A stretch of DNA of 64,000 bases from Chrysomallon squamiferum (GCA_012295275.1 CM022677.1:15376001-15440000); one strand, 5' to 3'; counted from the first letter of the stretch, positions 15,124 to 28,691 are shown. Notes: generated by a model from the letters alone, not told the origin. Program-made: numbers and translations.

Positions 15124-15409
15124 ATGGCAACAGCTGCAAACTCTGATGATAATCTTTCGTGCTGCATTTGTGCCGAACTTTTCAAGAAGCCGCGAATGTT
15201 ATATTGTGGACATTCGTTCTGCAGCAAATGCCTGCAGGACTATATAAGTCATAATTACAACAACAACGACATAAAAATCACCTGCCCGTTCTGCAGGCAG
15301 GATGTCCACATCCCAGACAGCTCGAAACCAGTGTATACATGGGCAGATCAATTCCCTATAAACCTTTCACTACAGAACGCCGCTAATGATCGGCTACAGT
15401 CAAAGTTTT
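15124..15409 (+). CDS. TRIM-like E3 ubiquitin ligase, coding exon 1 (C3HC4 RING)
   Basis: MATA..CCIC-x11-CGHSFCSKC-x17-CPFCR..WADQFPIN; donor T|GTGAGT at 15409/15410 (phase 1). Confidence 0.9.
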
Positions 15410-15677
15410 GTGAGTCAGCAGTGTTGTGTTTAGATTCGTTACAATAAAATACTAAAACAAGAAAAAATTTAGTGATTGTTTAACTAAAGATATTAACCAT
15501 CACAACCTAAAGAAATAGAGGAAACTTTATTTATGACATTTTTCTACTCAGATTTTTAAAGTAGTTGATCAAATAAATTCTAAAACTTCACATTGTAGGC
15601 ATACCTTTATTAATAATAGTAGTTCTTGTTAATTAATTAATTGACTGATTGATTATTTATTTATTTACTTACTTCAG

Positions 15678-17075
15678 CTCAAAAGGGAGATCACATGTCG
15701 CTTCTGAGTTCTGTTTCTGAAAGTCTCAAAACCTTTAAAGAAATTCTTCAGACAGAGATGGATGGTATGATCGAGCAACTTCGCCAAGCCGTCGACATCA
15801 ACGTGGTGGACACTACAGAAGAGGTCAGAAGGATTGGTAACACACTAATCACAGATTTTACTGCCGCAGTCCACAAAGAACAAGACAGGTTAATAAGAGA
15901 AATAGAAAAATCTCAGAACTTTGTAAACTCAGAAATAGACAAATTATTCAATGAACACAAACATCTGATTAATGAAAACGAAAGAATGCTAAAATTGGGG
16001 GAAGATTTGCTGACAAGAAAATCAGAGTCAGATATAAAAATTAACATTTCAAAATTCACCAAACTTCAAAACACAACTTCCGAGTTTTTGTCCAAATCTC
16101 GTTCCCAAATAGAAAAAGCAAAGTTTAAAGTAAATCTGATAAAATCTGACAAAAAGGCAGAAATGTCAGTCGACATTGGAGAAATATCCACAATCATCCA
16201 AACAGACAGATCACAAACAAACACACAGACACCATTAACATAGAAACACAACACACAGACACACAGGTAGACAAACAGACAGACACACTCAAACACACAG
16301 ACACCATTAACACAAAAACACGAAAGATAAATTAAATCCTTGTCTGGTTTCCCTGCTGGTGTCAGGTGGAGACAAAAGTAAAATTGTTGTTAGTGATTAT
16401 AACAATGTTTGTGTAAAATGTTTTTGTTTAGAAAAATCACTGATAAAAATATACGAAACTTCCTCTCCACCATACGGTCTTGCCGAATCACGTGATCAGC
16501 TGGGTGATGTTGTTGTTGTTGTTGCCCTGCCACATGAAAGTAAAATATTGTTTTTAAATTTGGAAAACTTTAAATTTGTAAAAACAGTTAAAACTGTTAA
16601 AGGGTATTGGTATATCGCTGTGTTACCTGACAAGCATCTCGCGGTCACTGAGTACTTTAGTCACTACTTGGACATACTGACAGACGGTGGTCAGCTCATT
16701 AATTCTATCTCAACAGCTTTGATCCCCATACCGTCGTATCTCACAGTTCACGATCAATGTCTGATTGTTGTGTCAAATGTAAACAGTTTAGTTTGTGTGA
16801 CGTCATCAGGTGACGTCAAATGGCTGTCACGTGATTCACGCAAACTGAGAGTCTTGACATGTGTTACATGTGACAGGGAGAGAAATATTTTTGTTTGTGA
16901 TTTTGATAGAAATTGTGTTGTTCAGTTGTCACGAGATGGTAACATTACACGTGACATCCTCACTGGCCAGGATGGACTGTCCGGACCTTTGTCTGTCTGT
17001 TGTGATGACAACAAATTGTACGTGGGAGAGCGCTACACTGGGAAAATAAAAATATTTACATGGTGTAAAAAGTAA
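15678..17075 (+). CDS. TRIM-like gene coding exon 2: coiled coil plus NHL-type beta-propeller, interrupted by two apparent 1-nt frameshifts at about 16200 and 16322
   Basis: Acceptor TTACTTCAG| at 15677 gives the in-frame junction SKF-S-QKGDHM. A helical E/K/L-rich region follows, then NHL-like blades (IVVSDYNNVCV, PYGLA, NIFVCDFDRNCVVQLSRDG, LSGPLSVCC, KLYVGE). Stop TAA at 17073-17075; AATAAA at 17163. Confidence 0.8.
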
Positions 17076-17368
17076 ACTTCAACCTGTCTGCTAACTTAGT
17101 TTCACTTTAACTGTTTTGAAGTTGAAAGTCCACAGACATTTCTTTCTTTACATGAATTGATAAATAAACAGATAATTAGTTATATTATTTATTTACTTAT
17201 TAATTTCATTTGTTGTTTTTTATTAAATATAATTCCTAATTCATCAGTTCGTTATTAATTGTTTTATTTATGATTATTATTCTTAAAGTCTCGTTTAAAA
17301 ATACTAAAATGCAAGACAAATTTCAAAACAAAATGTGATTTACTTTAACATTTTTCACCCAGTTTTGT

Positions 17369-17373
<5 letters not shown>

Positions 17374-17442
<69 letters not shown>
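17374..17442. repeat. (CT)n microsatellite
   Basis: Direct reading. Confidence 0.95.
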
Positions 17443-17446
<4 letters not shown>

Positions 17447-17649
17447 CACACACCGTCAAAAAATAAAATAGGAGAAACAACTGCACGAACGAAAAGTGCA
17501 AATAAAAATATAAAAACATAAATAAAATAACGATGTTTTAAAAACATGACTAAATATGAAACTGTATACTGAAGATCTACAGACACGTGTTTTAAATCCG
17601 GGTGTTAGGGGTCGTGTTTCCTCTTTATTTACTGAGTACGTTCAAGTTA

Positions 17650-18245
17650 GTTTCTGAGCGGGCGCATCACCTATTAAAATATATTATTTTAATTTCTATT
17701 AATGTCACTGTCGTTGCCCCTAACGTTATTGGTGTACTCCTCATTATTCCTTTTCAATTTTTATCGCTATTATTCTTATTTTCTGACCGTTCCCATCTTA
17801 TATTATGATTATCATCTCTATTAATGTCGCCGTCATTACCATCGTATACGACGTTGTTCTCAACGTTCTCTGTATTATTTTGCTTTTTATTAACTAGTAT
17901 TCAAACTTTCTTAGTGTCCACAACCTATGTTAAAAAACATTATCACTATTTTTATTAATGACGCCGTCGTTGCCGTCGTTAGTGTTATTCTTTTGCCCTT
18001 TTTATTTCCATACTTTCTGAGCGGGCACATACTACGTTAAAATATATTAATGTTATTTCTGTTAATGTCGCCGTCATTGCCGTCGTACCAGCGTTGTTCT
18101 GAACGTTTTGGTGTATCTATTAATGGGGTGATCGTAAACGGGTTGTTCTTAACTTCTTAGTGTCCGCATCCCATTAAAATGTATTATTAGTTTTTATTAA
18201 TGTCGCCGTTGTTGTCGTAATAACGGTGTTGTTTCTAACGTTATT
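17650..18245. repeat. Degenerate tandem repeat, 5 units of about 106-135 bp
   Basis: Core TTAATGTCGCCGTC(G/A)TTGCC at about 17699, 17821, 17956, 18062 and 18197. Confidence 0.85.
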
Positions 18246-19381
18246 ACTTACTTAGTTATTAATTTAATTATTTATTTATTTTTGCATTCTTAGAGAAAAA
18301 TAATGCAATAATCCTATTGCAATCAATCTTACTGGTCTTATAGAAGTGTTATTATTAACTTCTCTCTTTGTTAAACATAGATAATAACTTCTAGATAGGC
18401 ATATACTATTTCAACCTATTAATAAATATTATGTTCTGCTTCTAGGACTAATGTTAAATTACTGCTTCAAAAATGTCTTATTTCTATGTTTAAAAATATA
18501 TCTGATAAATGAAAGAAGCATAAAATTTCACTAGTGTTCATTAAAATAGTCCTTCAAAAAATCATAAAAACATTATTAAAAATATGGAGAAATATTTCTA
18601 TGCACAGTGACAGCAATGACAGACTTTCACTGGAATTGTCTCATTTATCTATGAGAAAGATTTTTATTTTACTATATAAATCAAAGAAAAATGTCAACAT
18701 GAAAACATTAATGAAATATACATATTTATATAATCTGTTCATTCTTTGAGTGTTTGAATGAAATCAAAATATCTCATTCAGCTGTCTCTGTCATTCACTT
18801 AGCTGTCTTTATAACTTGTCTCTGTCTCATTTGTATCTCTAACTTGTCTGAGTCTAATTCAGTTGTCTCTGCCTCATTCACTTGTTTCTATCTATCTCTA
18901 TTTATAATTATTTTATTTATTTGTTGTATTTACTGTTTATTATTAATTATTATTTAAGTTTTGTTTTTGTTTTTGCTTTTGCTTTTGGTTGGATATAATT
19001 AGAAATTAAAGTGAACTAGAAGTGACATCACTGTATTTCAAACTCAATGTGCAGCCAAGTTAACTAAATTTACAGCATAATCAAAACAGTCTTAAATTCC
19101 ACCATAACTTAAGACAAAGTTGGACTATTGACATCTATAGTTTGTTAATCAAATGGTTGTTAGAATGAGTGAAAATAAATATCAGATTTGTGGTTATTAG
19201 TAACTTAATTTTCACTACTAACAGATATTGTAAAAAATATTTGATTATTGTTACTTCACTTAATATTTTATGAAGAGAGAATAAAAAGTACAACTCACAC
19301 CAGCTATCTCTAGAGAGAATTCATTTAAATTATGTAAAATAAAGCATTATTTTTATTTTATTATAATTATTATCTTCTTTA

Positions 19382-19424
<43 letters not shown>

Positions 19425-19536
19425 TCCTATTATTGTTATTTCCATTCTAGTTATTATTGTTATTATTATTACTATTATTATTATTGGTATTACTATTATT
19501 ACTATTATTATTGTTGTTCTTGTTATTATTATTATT

Positions 19537-19568
<32 letters not shown>

Positions 19569-20292
19569 AATAATTCTGCCTGTCATTATTCACTGGGTTT
19601 CTTCACTTGGAAATAAAACTAAACAACTTTCTTAGCTGAAATAGGTGTTTTTTTTATTGCATACAAAGTAACATTAAACATGATAATGCCCATTTAACAA
19701 TTTGTAAACTTTACCATCATGATCATGTCTGTTTTCCATAAAGTAACTATTCACACCAGCCCACAAAAACATTTACATATTATTTCAAGTACAGTATGTG
19801 CCTTTACAATGTCTTTGTGTATGTTTTTACTGATCTAGGTTGCCAAATGGGAAATGTAATTAAATTTAAATACATTATAGGCCACCGAATAAGAAATTTA
19901 TATCATTTAAAATATATTTAAATTAATATGTTGACACAATCTAATTTTAATGAATTTTTGTTTTAGACAAAGGGAAATGTATATATATTTAAAACATTTT
20001 AAAATTAAAATGTCATAACAATCTATTTAATGAATGTTTAAAACAATTCAGTGTGATTCTAATTATGCATAATGAAGACACATATCACAAATAAGTTTTG
20101 CATATAATCAGCTAATAACAAATATTTTCAACACTTGTGAATTAAAAAAAGCCTAACAGCTGGTGTAATATCATGATGAAACAAATACCCCATTTAGTTA
20201 AAATCAAAGATGGTGAATATTAATAAGAATTATTTTGCTAACAGTAGTAGTAGTGGAAGTAATAATAGTGTAATAATACTAATGATAGTAAT

Positions 20293-20338
<46 letters not shown>

Positions 20339-21148
20339 GAAGTTGTAATAATCATAATTATCTCAATATTATTAGCATAACATCATAATAATAATAATAA
20401 GAAGAAGAAGAAGAATAATAGTAATAATAAAAATAGAAATAATAATATAATTTTTACATTTCACCATTTCATATGAGACATTAACTTCAAAGAGTCTATT
20501 TTCTGTCATTATCATTACAGAAATGACTCAAATAATGTTCTTAAACACTTAATAAAAATATTCATACTGTATAATTAACCAATACATTGAAAATATTATA
20601 ATATAGGATGATATAAATATAAAATTACAGGTAAGATATTTGTTTCATGTTGTACTGTTTCTTCAGATGTAAGCAGTGATCCTTTGACACTGATTCACAC
20701 AAACATTTTCTTTAGATCATCAATGGTAATTTAAATGAAGTGTTTTCTGTAATGTCTGTTTTGTTCATTTTGGTCACAGACGTTTGTCAAAATAAACACA
20801 AAGTTCTTTCACAATAATGTTTCATTTGCACATTTGTTTGAATGGTCCAAGGTATTGAATAATGTATGCCAATATTTCTCTGGCTGAATTTTTCAAGAAC
20901 AACACTGATTGGTTTTGGTCAGTCATTTGTTACATTCATGATGATTGGTTTATTACAGATCAGTGGCCAGTCTTTTATTACAGACACCATGACTGGCTAT
21001 TTTTAACTCTCAGATCACCATGGTTACATGATTGGTAAATAACAAACTTTTTTACCAGTCTTTTCTTACAGACAAAGTGACTGGATAAGAGAACTCACAG
21101 AATTTTGTTACAATCATAGCGATTGGTTAATTTAAAATCCCAGATCTG

Positions 21149-21329
21149 CTATAATGAAGTCTCATTGGTTGGTGGCCTAACAGTGTCTATCTCAAGCACT
21201 TCAATTCTTTGTTTGAGCAGTTTTATCTGTCTCTCGTAGCGATCTGTCATCCCCTGTAACTGAGTCTCAAGTTTCTTCAGTTTGCTCTGGTACTTCTTCT
21301 TTGCTTTATCAAACGCTCATATCAAGGCA
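21149..21329 (-). pseudogene. MCC: MCC copy 1 terminal exon with PDZ-binding ETSL and a premature TGA
   Basis: (S)ALI*AFDKAKKKYQSKLKKLETQLQGMTDRYERQIKLLKQRIEVLEIDTVRPPTNETSL*; not present in the ORF track. Confidence 0.9.
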
Positions 21330-24300
21330 CTGTAAGAGAAAAATAAAATAAAAAATAAATTAATTAATTAATAAAATAAAAAGTAAATATATAAAATTAG
21401 TTTATAGTATTAAGGCACTATGGGGGGAAAACAAAGGAAAATGAAAAGAATATAAAATTACATAAATGTTATTTATGTTACAAAGATACTAATGAAACAA
21501 AGGAACTACAAAAGTAAAATGAAAAAGCTATGTAAATATTATGTTAATTTGATTTAAAAATAAAAATAATATATGCTTTACAAAATAAAGTGAAATAAGA
21601 AGATGTAAAATTAGATCATTTATGACAATAAAATAAAATAAATTAGAATAATATGATATGAAGACATTACAGGGCAAAAAAATAAAGTAAACTAAAGATT
21701 ATAAAATAATTAGATATGTCAATTATATTACAGAAATTCTACTGCTATCACTAGAAAATACTACAAAACAAAACAAAAAGAAGACAAAAATTATGTTAGA
21801 AATATATAAATGTTAATAACAACTCTATTAGTAAAAGTGATTTTAGTACTAGACAAAAAACTCTTCCACAAAAAATCCCAGATAGAAAAAACAATGGCAT
21901 TATGATAATTTATATACTGTTTATATAATTATAATATTCATATAATAAGTTTAGTATCAAAATGTCTCTAAATAAAATCTGAATTTCTGTTTGAAATGTG
22001 TGTATGTGTTTGCATAGATCAATGTTTATTGTAGAACATGTAGATTATGCATGACATGCATACACCTGTATGTTTACCTGTTAGCTCGTTTCAGGTCACT
22101 GACAAACTCTGCTGACTGCTGATGTCTGATTTCTGAGTTTTTAGAGATTTTCTCTAGAGCAGCCACTAACTCTTGTACTCTGAATTTGAGTCGTTTTTCT
22201 CTTCTGAGTGACTCACACAGGCCCTGAGCTTTCTCCATCACATCATTCAATCTCAACTCACAGATAGCTAGCACTGTCAGCTCATCATCTTCATCATCCT
22301 TATGATAAATGATTGTTCCTTGAACATTTTACTAATTATGAAAGCTATCAGATTATCATCTTTATCATGATGATAATCAATGAAAACTTGATTATAATAA
22401 TAAAATAAAAATTGTAATGACTTATGCCAATAAAATTATTATAAGTAATTATCAGATTATCATGATCATCCTGATGATAAATAATTGAAACTCAGTTACA
22501 TAATAAAATTAGAATTATGAAAGTTATCTGTTCCTTACTTGTATCACCTTGATGAATCAAAGTTTAAAACATTTAAAATTCAATAATTACAAAGGTTTTC
22601 AATTAATTATTATCATAATGATACATTTAAAATTTTAAAGTAATTATGAAAAACAGTACCAGTGGTTATGGCATACAAAATCAATATTATCAAACCTATT
22701 GATATTATTATTACATTTCTGATATACTCAGTATTCTTAGAAAACATACAATTTCAAATTATAATAAAGAACTGCGAATACAGCATCAGTAGTTATGACA
22801 CACAGAATCAATGCTGTGACATATACTTTTTCTCTGTTATATGAACAAGTCAATATGTTTAGAATACTTGCATAATAAATAAATAGACAGTCTATCAAGT
22901 AAGTTATTATTATTATTTAGATGTTATAAAGTGTTTATATGACAAATCAGTGTTTTAGAATACACACATAATAAAATCAGTAGACAGTCTATGAAGTTGG
23001 TTATTATTATTTAATTGTTTCTGTTTGAAGCATGACAAATAATAAAATCAATAATGTGACATATATCTATTATGTATGTTTACACTGTTTATATAACTGC
23101 TAGTCTAGAAGAGATAAAGTAAGAGATAATCACATGTTTGTGTTTGCCCAGTCTGTTTATATAATTATATATATATACTATCTAAAACAGAGATTTTTAT
23201 ACAGACAGAACAACACATTTAGTAACACTGACCTTCATAGCCATCAGCTCCTGCATTAACACAGCATTTTCCAAATCCAGTCTTTGAGCTTCTGGAGTTT
23301 TCTTGGTTTCATCAAGCAGAGGATCAAAGTGTAAACTCTCCAGCTCCATGACGGTCATTCTGACCACTGCCCGGTCATTCTTCAGTGACTGAATGTACTC
23401 ACACAGTCTCTGTTCATCGAGTTTGGTGAAGTCAGTGTCCACTGAAACTAACCGTAGAACTGGACGTGTTGGACAATTCAAAATGAAAAGTTGGTTTGGT
23501 AAAGATTATAACTAGTCATGGAAAAATAAGTTAATGCACTTGAAATTCATGATTCTCTAATTAGGTAAAAGCCTTTTAAAAAGATAGTTAAATTACAGAA
23601 CAGACAAAAAATTACAGAATAGACAAAATCTATCTTAGTAAAAAAAAAAGTCCCAGACAAAATCTCTTTAGACAGAAAAGTAATTATAGTAAAGTATTAA
23701 AAAAAGTGAAAGCAGAATATCAGGTGTCACCTTGAAGTAGTGAAAAACAAAGTGTATTAATTGATAAAGTCAGTTTCAGTACTTACAAAACTAAATATAA
23801 AATAATAGAAAACAAAGTCCATTTAACACAAAAAGACTTCAAGTAAAGCTTCACCTTGCAGTTCTGTTGTTAGAAGACAGATCCTCCCAGGGGTGAGAAG
23901 TACAGGGTGTGGTGTGAACTCCACAGCTTCTGTCCAGTTTGTGAAGTTATTTATTTTGCATTACTGTTTAAAAAATGATGTGAAAGGATATTTCTACAGG
24001 GCGAAAAACATAAGCAAGGTTAAAAATAAGTTAAATTTATATCAGATGTCATAAAAAATAAGATGTCACTGACTTATTCTGTGTGATTGTTTAAAAATGT
24101 CTTTGTTTTAGATGATTACCATAGGGCAAAACATGTAGGGTTAATAATCATGAAAAATATTGAATTATTGAGTTATTGTTAAAAATGTATTTCATTTGGA
24201 ATGATTGTAGTTGGAAAACATTTCTAAATTTAAGAATCAGTTAAATTCACACTTGAGATTTTGAAAAATACTGTCAATGAATAATGTTATGTCAGTTTAA

Positions 24301-26798
24301 TTCATTGTCAAGTGACATGACTGAATTATCACTAAAAAAAAAAAAATAAAAAATAAAAATAAAAAAATAAACAAATAAAAAAATCCTTAATAAATTAAAA
24401 CACCATACTGGAAATTATGAAAATTATTGTCATTGAGTTATTCAGTATCAGTGCTCATTATTTTTCTTCATATTTTTGCTCTACAGTTATGAGTCAAATA
24501 ACAATTGTGAATTGAAACATTAATTCATTTATACTGGAAACTCTCAAAATATATTGTCAGCAAAAATTCAGTAAACTTGATACTAAATTACATATAGGAA
24601 ATTATTTTTAATAAAAATAATAATAAAAATGAATGAATTAACAAATGCTTTACAACAGATTAAAATGATGTTAAATGAGATTTACCCCAAGGGAGGTAAT
24701 TTCAGCACCAAGAATCTGTCTGTCTCCAGCACATTCTTCAGTTCTGCTATTTTAGCTACAGGAAACTGATCACTGCCTGCAGTGGTCCTGTGATTTAATT
24801 AATATTAAATAAATAAATAAATATTTAAATAAATAATTAGATAAATACATAAATAAATAAATAATTAACTAAATAAATAATTAAATAAATAAATAATTAA
24901 ATAAATAATTAAATAATTAAATTAATAAATAAATAAACAAATCATTAAAAAATAAAAATAAAAAATAAATAATAATAATAATGTACATATATACTTAAAT
25001 AATAAATACACTATAAAATATTTTTAATAGGTAAATAAGCAGCAAATGGAAGTCATACAATAGAAACAAAAATATACAAAATAAAAAACAAAGTAATAAT
25101 AATAATAATAATAATAAATAATAATAATAATAATATAATAAGTTTTTTCATATAATATATCCATTTTCAATTCTTTATTTCCTGAATTTGTATATTCTCA
25201 AAGTTCCACTTATAAAAATAAACATAAACACAACAAACAAATATGTCTGTCTACACTGATTCCTTGGTTACTAGGAATATAAGAAATGTTTGTTTATACC
25301 TCTCTCCTGTTTTAGGATTCACTTGTGACTTTGTTGGTGTTGATGTTCGACTGTTCATGGGACTAGAAGACAAATCTGTCAGAGGTAACATATTCAATAT
25401 GGCTACGTAGCTGTATAAGTTCTATTTCCTGTCTGCCTATCTGTTCTTGTAGAGCATTGTTTTCTACTCGCAGTGAGTTCACCTCCTCCTGCAAGTACTC
25501 TGGGTCTGGGACCCTGTTAGGCGGAGGTGGAGGAGGTGGGTGGAATGGGACATTGCGTGGTTCTCGAGGTGGGATGGTGGGAGGAGATTCACTGCTGTCC
25601 TCGTTGTCTCCCAGTTTGTCATCGAGGTTGTCACTGTCGCCATTGTCTCTCAGCTGCTGCACACTGTTGTTGCCGATGCTCTGAAGGAGCTGACTTTCAG
25701 CGTTGTCTTTTTCAACGTCCTCCCTGATTTTTTTTTTTTTTTTTTTAATTCCTTCTAACAGTATGTAAATGAGAAAAATTTAACATTTTAAAAAGTCATT
25801 GTAATTTAATAATTAAATCCCAAACATTATATTATTTATATATAATATAATAGCTATTTATACTGTAAATTAAAATTAATAAACTTTTAAAACAATTGAA
25901 TGTCTATTGAAAAATAGACTAAATAATCATTAACTGCACAGTCAAAAAATAAATATAAAAGTAGCTGGTTACCAGGACTCGCAGATTGGGAGCCATTTGT
26001 ATTATTCTCGTTGATACTTCCTCCATTATTGCTTTTGTCCAAGTCTTCAAACTCATCTTCTTTTCTACATAGATGTGAAAAAAAAAAAGAAGACAATGTT
26101 CAAACGTCTTTACTCATTTCTGGAATTTGGTATTTTCAACAAATTCCTAGAAGTTATTTCTTAATTTTTCATTAAACACAATGAAGAACAACAAGCTAAA
26201 GGTAAAATTTTATATCTGAATAATGACAAAATACTATGTTTCATTTTGTTTCTGACATATATACTACTGTTTCATTATGCATTAAAAACAGTGAAGAACA
26301 GCAAACACATGGTATTATTTTACATCTGAATAAAGACAATAAAGCTATTTGTCTGATTAATAAAACATCATAAATATATAATCAAATAAATACATAACCA
26401 AAAAAGGAAGCAAGTTAATAAATAATAAGATAAAACTCTTTTATTGATTTAAATTTAATTATCACATTAACATAAATGTTTTCTAAATCTTTACCAGAAA
26501 GATAGCCTGAATAACTTTAAATCATCACCAAGAGTTGTTGCCAAACATGTTATTTTCTAGCCAGGCTATCTTCTTATTACTGTTACCAGAATAACAACAT
26601 TAAAAGTACGCTGGATATTTAATTTCACAGTTTAATGTAGGATAAAAATAATAATACTAAAACAACAAAAACAAACAACAAAAAATTCTTACCTGACATT
26701 TAGTCAGTTGTTTTTTCTAACTGATCTCTTTCATGTGCCAACCTGTTGTTCAGCTTGATTATCTCCCCTTTCAGAAAGTTCTAGGCCACCTGGGGAAG
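21149..26798 (-). pseudogene. MCC: MCC (colorectal mutant cancer protein) homologue, degenerate copy 1
   Basis: Exons at 26798-26693, about 26065-25973, about 25727-25299, 24787-24686, about 23947-23855, 23468-23233, 22298-22078 and 21329-21149. Peptides RLDLENAVLMQELMAMK, SEIRHQQSAEFVSDLKRANS and C-terminal RPPTNETSL* match MCC. Lesions: TAG at 26783-26781, TGA at 21319-21317, acceptor AG>AA at 23470-23469, frameshifts and deleted exons. Confidence 0.92.
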
Positions 26799-26929
26799 CT
26801 GGGGAAGAAAAGAAAGAATTTGAAATTAGTATAGTATGTAACCAAATTAAACATATTTTTGTGAATTTTCTTGATTCAGTCCATTTTATCATTCTTAAAG
26901 CTAATTAATGTAAAATTTTTGATAATGTA

Positions 26930-26963
<34 letters not shown>

Positions 26964-27649
26964 GTTTTAATAAACTAAATATTTAAAAATAAAATAAAAT
27001 ACTAAAATATGCTATTCATTTCAGAAGACTCTGCTACCTGCAAAATTAAACACTGGAAAAACAAACATATAATAAGAATTTCTTACCAGAATAATTAATT
27101 TAACAAACAATTTTCAAATTTAATTCAAGAACAAAAAGTCTGTTCTCTACTTTATGTATCTAATTCAACAACTGAATAATCCACTAGATTACAGTGTCAG
27201 CAAGTCTCCACCAATGAAATTCCATCAATCTAACACCTCATTTGCATATGACCTACTTTTTATTTGTAAACCTATTTGTAGAAATGTAAAACCGACTGTA
27301 CTTTGATTGAGCTTTTAAAATAGTGCTGATTATAGATATTTTCATTTAAAAAAACAAATAAATAAATAATAATTAATTTTACATGTAGACAAACACACAC
27401 GAATATATGCACACACAGACATAAATGGGGGAGGGGGGCGAGAGCAACCTACTGGACCACACTTACCTTTAACAACAAATCTACCATGACAACAATTAAT
27501 ACTGACAGCTACATCAATCAACAGACAGAAATGAGTCACAGTTACCTGAGTGTGGCCTCTGACAGACCTGCAGACACACAACAAAATGTACACAGTGATA
27601 AAACTCAAGTCATTAGCATGCAGCTACTGCAGTGTCCATCACCATAGAA

Positions 27650-28655
27650 ACTCTACCCAGTTCTGATATCTCACAAAACATGAAAACTATCAGGAACTAC
27701 ATGAAGAAAATTGTAAACACAGCCCAGTAAAATTAAATAGTTTCAACAAAAGAATATCTATTAACACAAAACATATCTCTCACATGATAAACACCTAAAC
27801 CAGGTCTTTCCATTCTTGTTTGTCTTAATGATGACACATTCACCTTCACCAGTGTGTCCAGTTCACCACTGATTTAACACTAACAGCAAACACACTGCAG
27901 CACCGAGTCAATGAGAAATTCTAAATGAGTTGAATTGTGACCACCAGGCTACACTCACAAATTACTATAGCTAGAAAACCTTCTCAAATAACTCAATATT
28001 TACACCCAAATGGGAAGAATTCTACAAAGCATGGAAATATATTGAACAAAGAAAGACAAATGAAACTGACACACATTGCACTTCACGTACCAACATGACA
28101 GACTCGGCTGTCACTAAACACAAAACTAAAACCAAAAACTGCACTAACAAAATATCCACTGAGTGGTGGACTGAGCTTATTGGAAATAAATAAATACAGA
28201 AGACAACATAATTTTTTTTTTTTAAATCCAAAAATAAAATCAGTCCACATTTGAAAAATACAAAATAGTTAAAAACTTGAGTAATAATACTTGGTCTTTT
28301 TAATGTAACTTGATAAACAGGAAAGATACCAACAGACTGGAAACTTGCATAAACCTTACAAATACCATTCACTACCAATCAACTACAGAACAGTTACACT
28401 AACTTACACACATGTAAAACACACACCTGAACAAACACTTAAAAAACAATAATTTAACAAGTAAATAACAAAACAATAAAAAAGTTTACTAAATTCCATT
28501 CAGTAAATAAAAAATTAAAAAATTACAGTATTCATAGATTTCTGCTGTGCAGGCAGATCTCTAAACAACCAAATACAAACAAACCTAAACAACTTGAATG
28601 ACTGCCTTTAAACTGAGAGATAAAGATTTCACTTAGACAGCATCCCTCCTCTCTA

Positions 28656-28691
<36 letters not shown>

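Noticed and set aside
16130-16365. Intron removing the disrupted TRIM linker
   Set aside because: The acceptor at 16365 needs a phase-1 donor; the candidate GT sites I checked before the stop (16130, about 16165) give the wrong phase.
21317-21319. Selenocysteine or programmed readthrough TGA in MCC
   Set aside because: The position is not a Cys in MCC, I recognise no SECIS, and the copy has many other lesions.
25457-25758. Plus-strand ORFs overlapping the Pro-rich MCC exon (also 50754-50936, 52384-52575, 53736-53945)
   Set aside because: Antisense shadows of GC-richer MCC exons.
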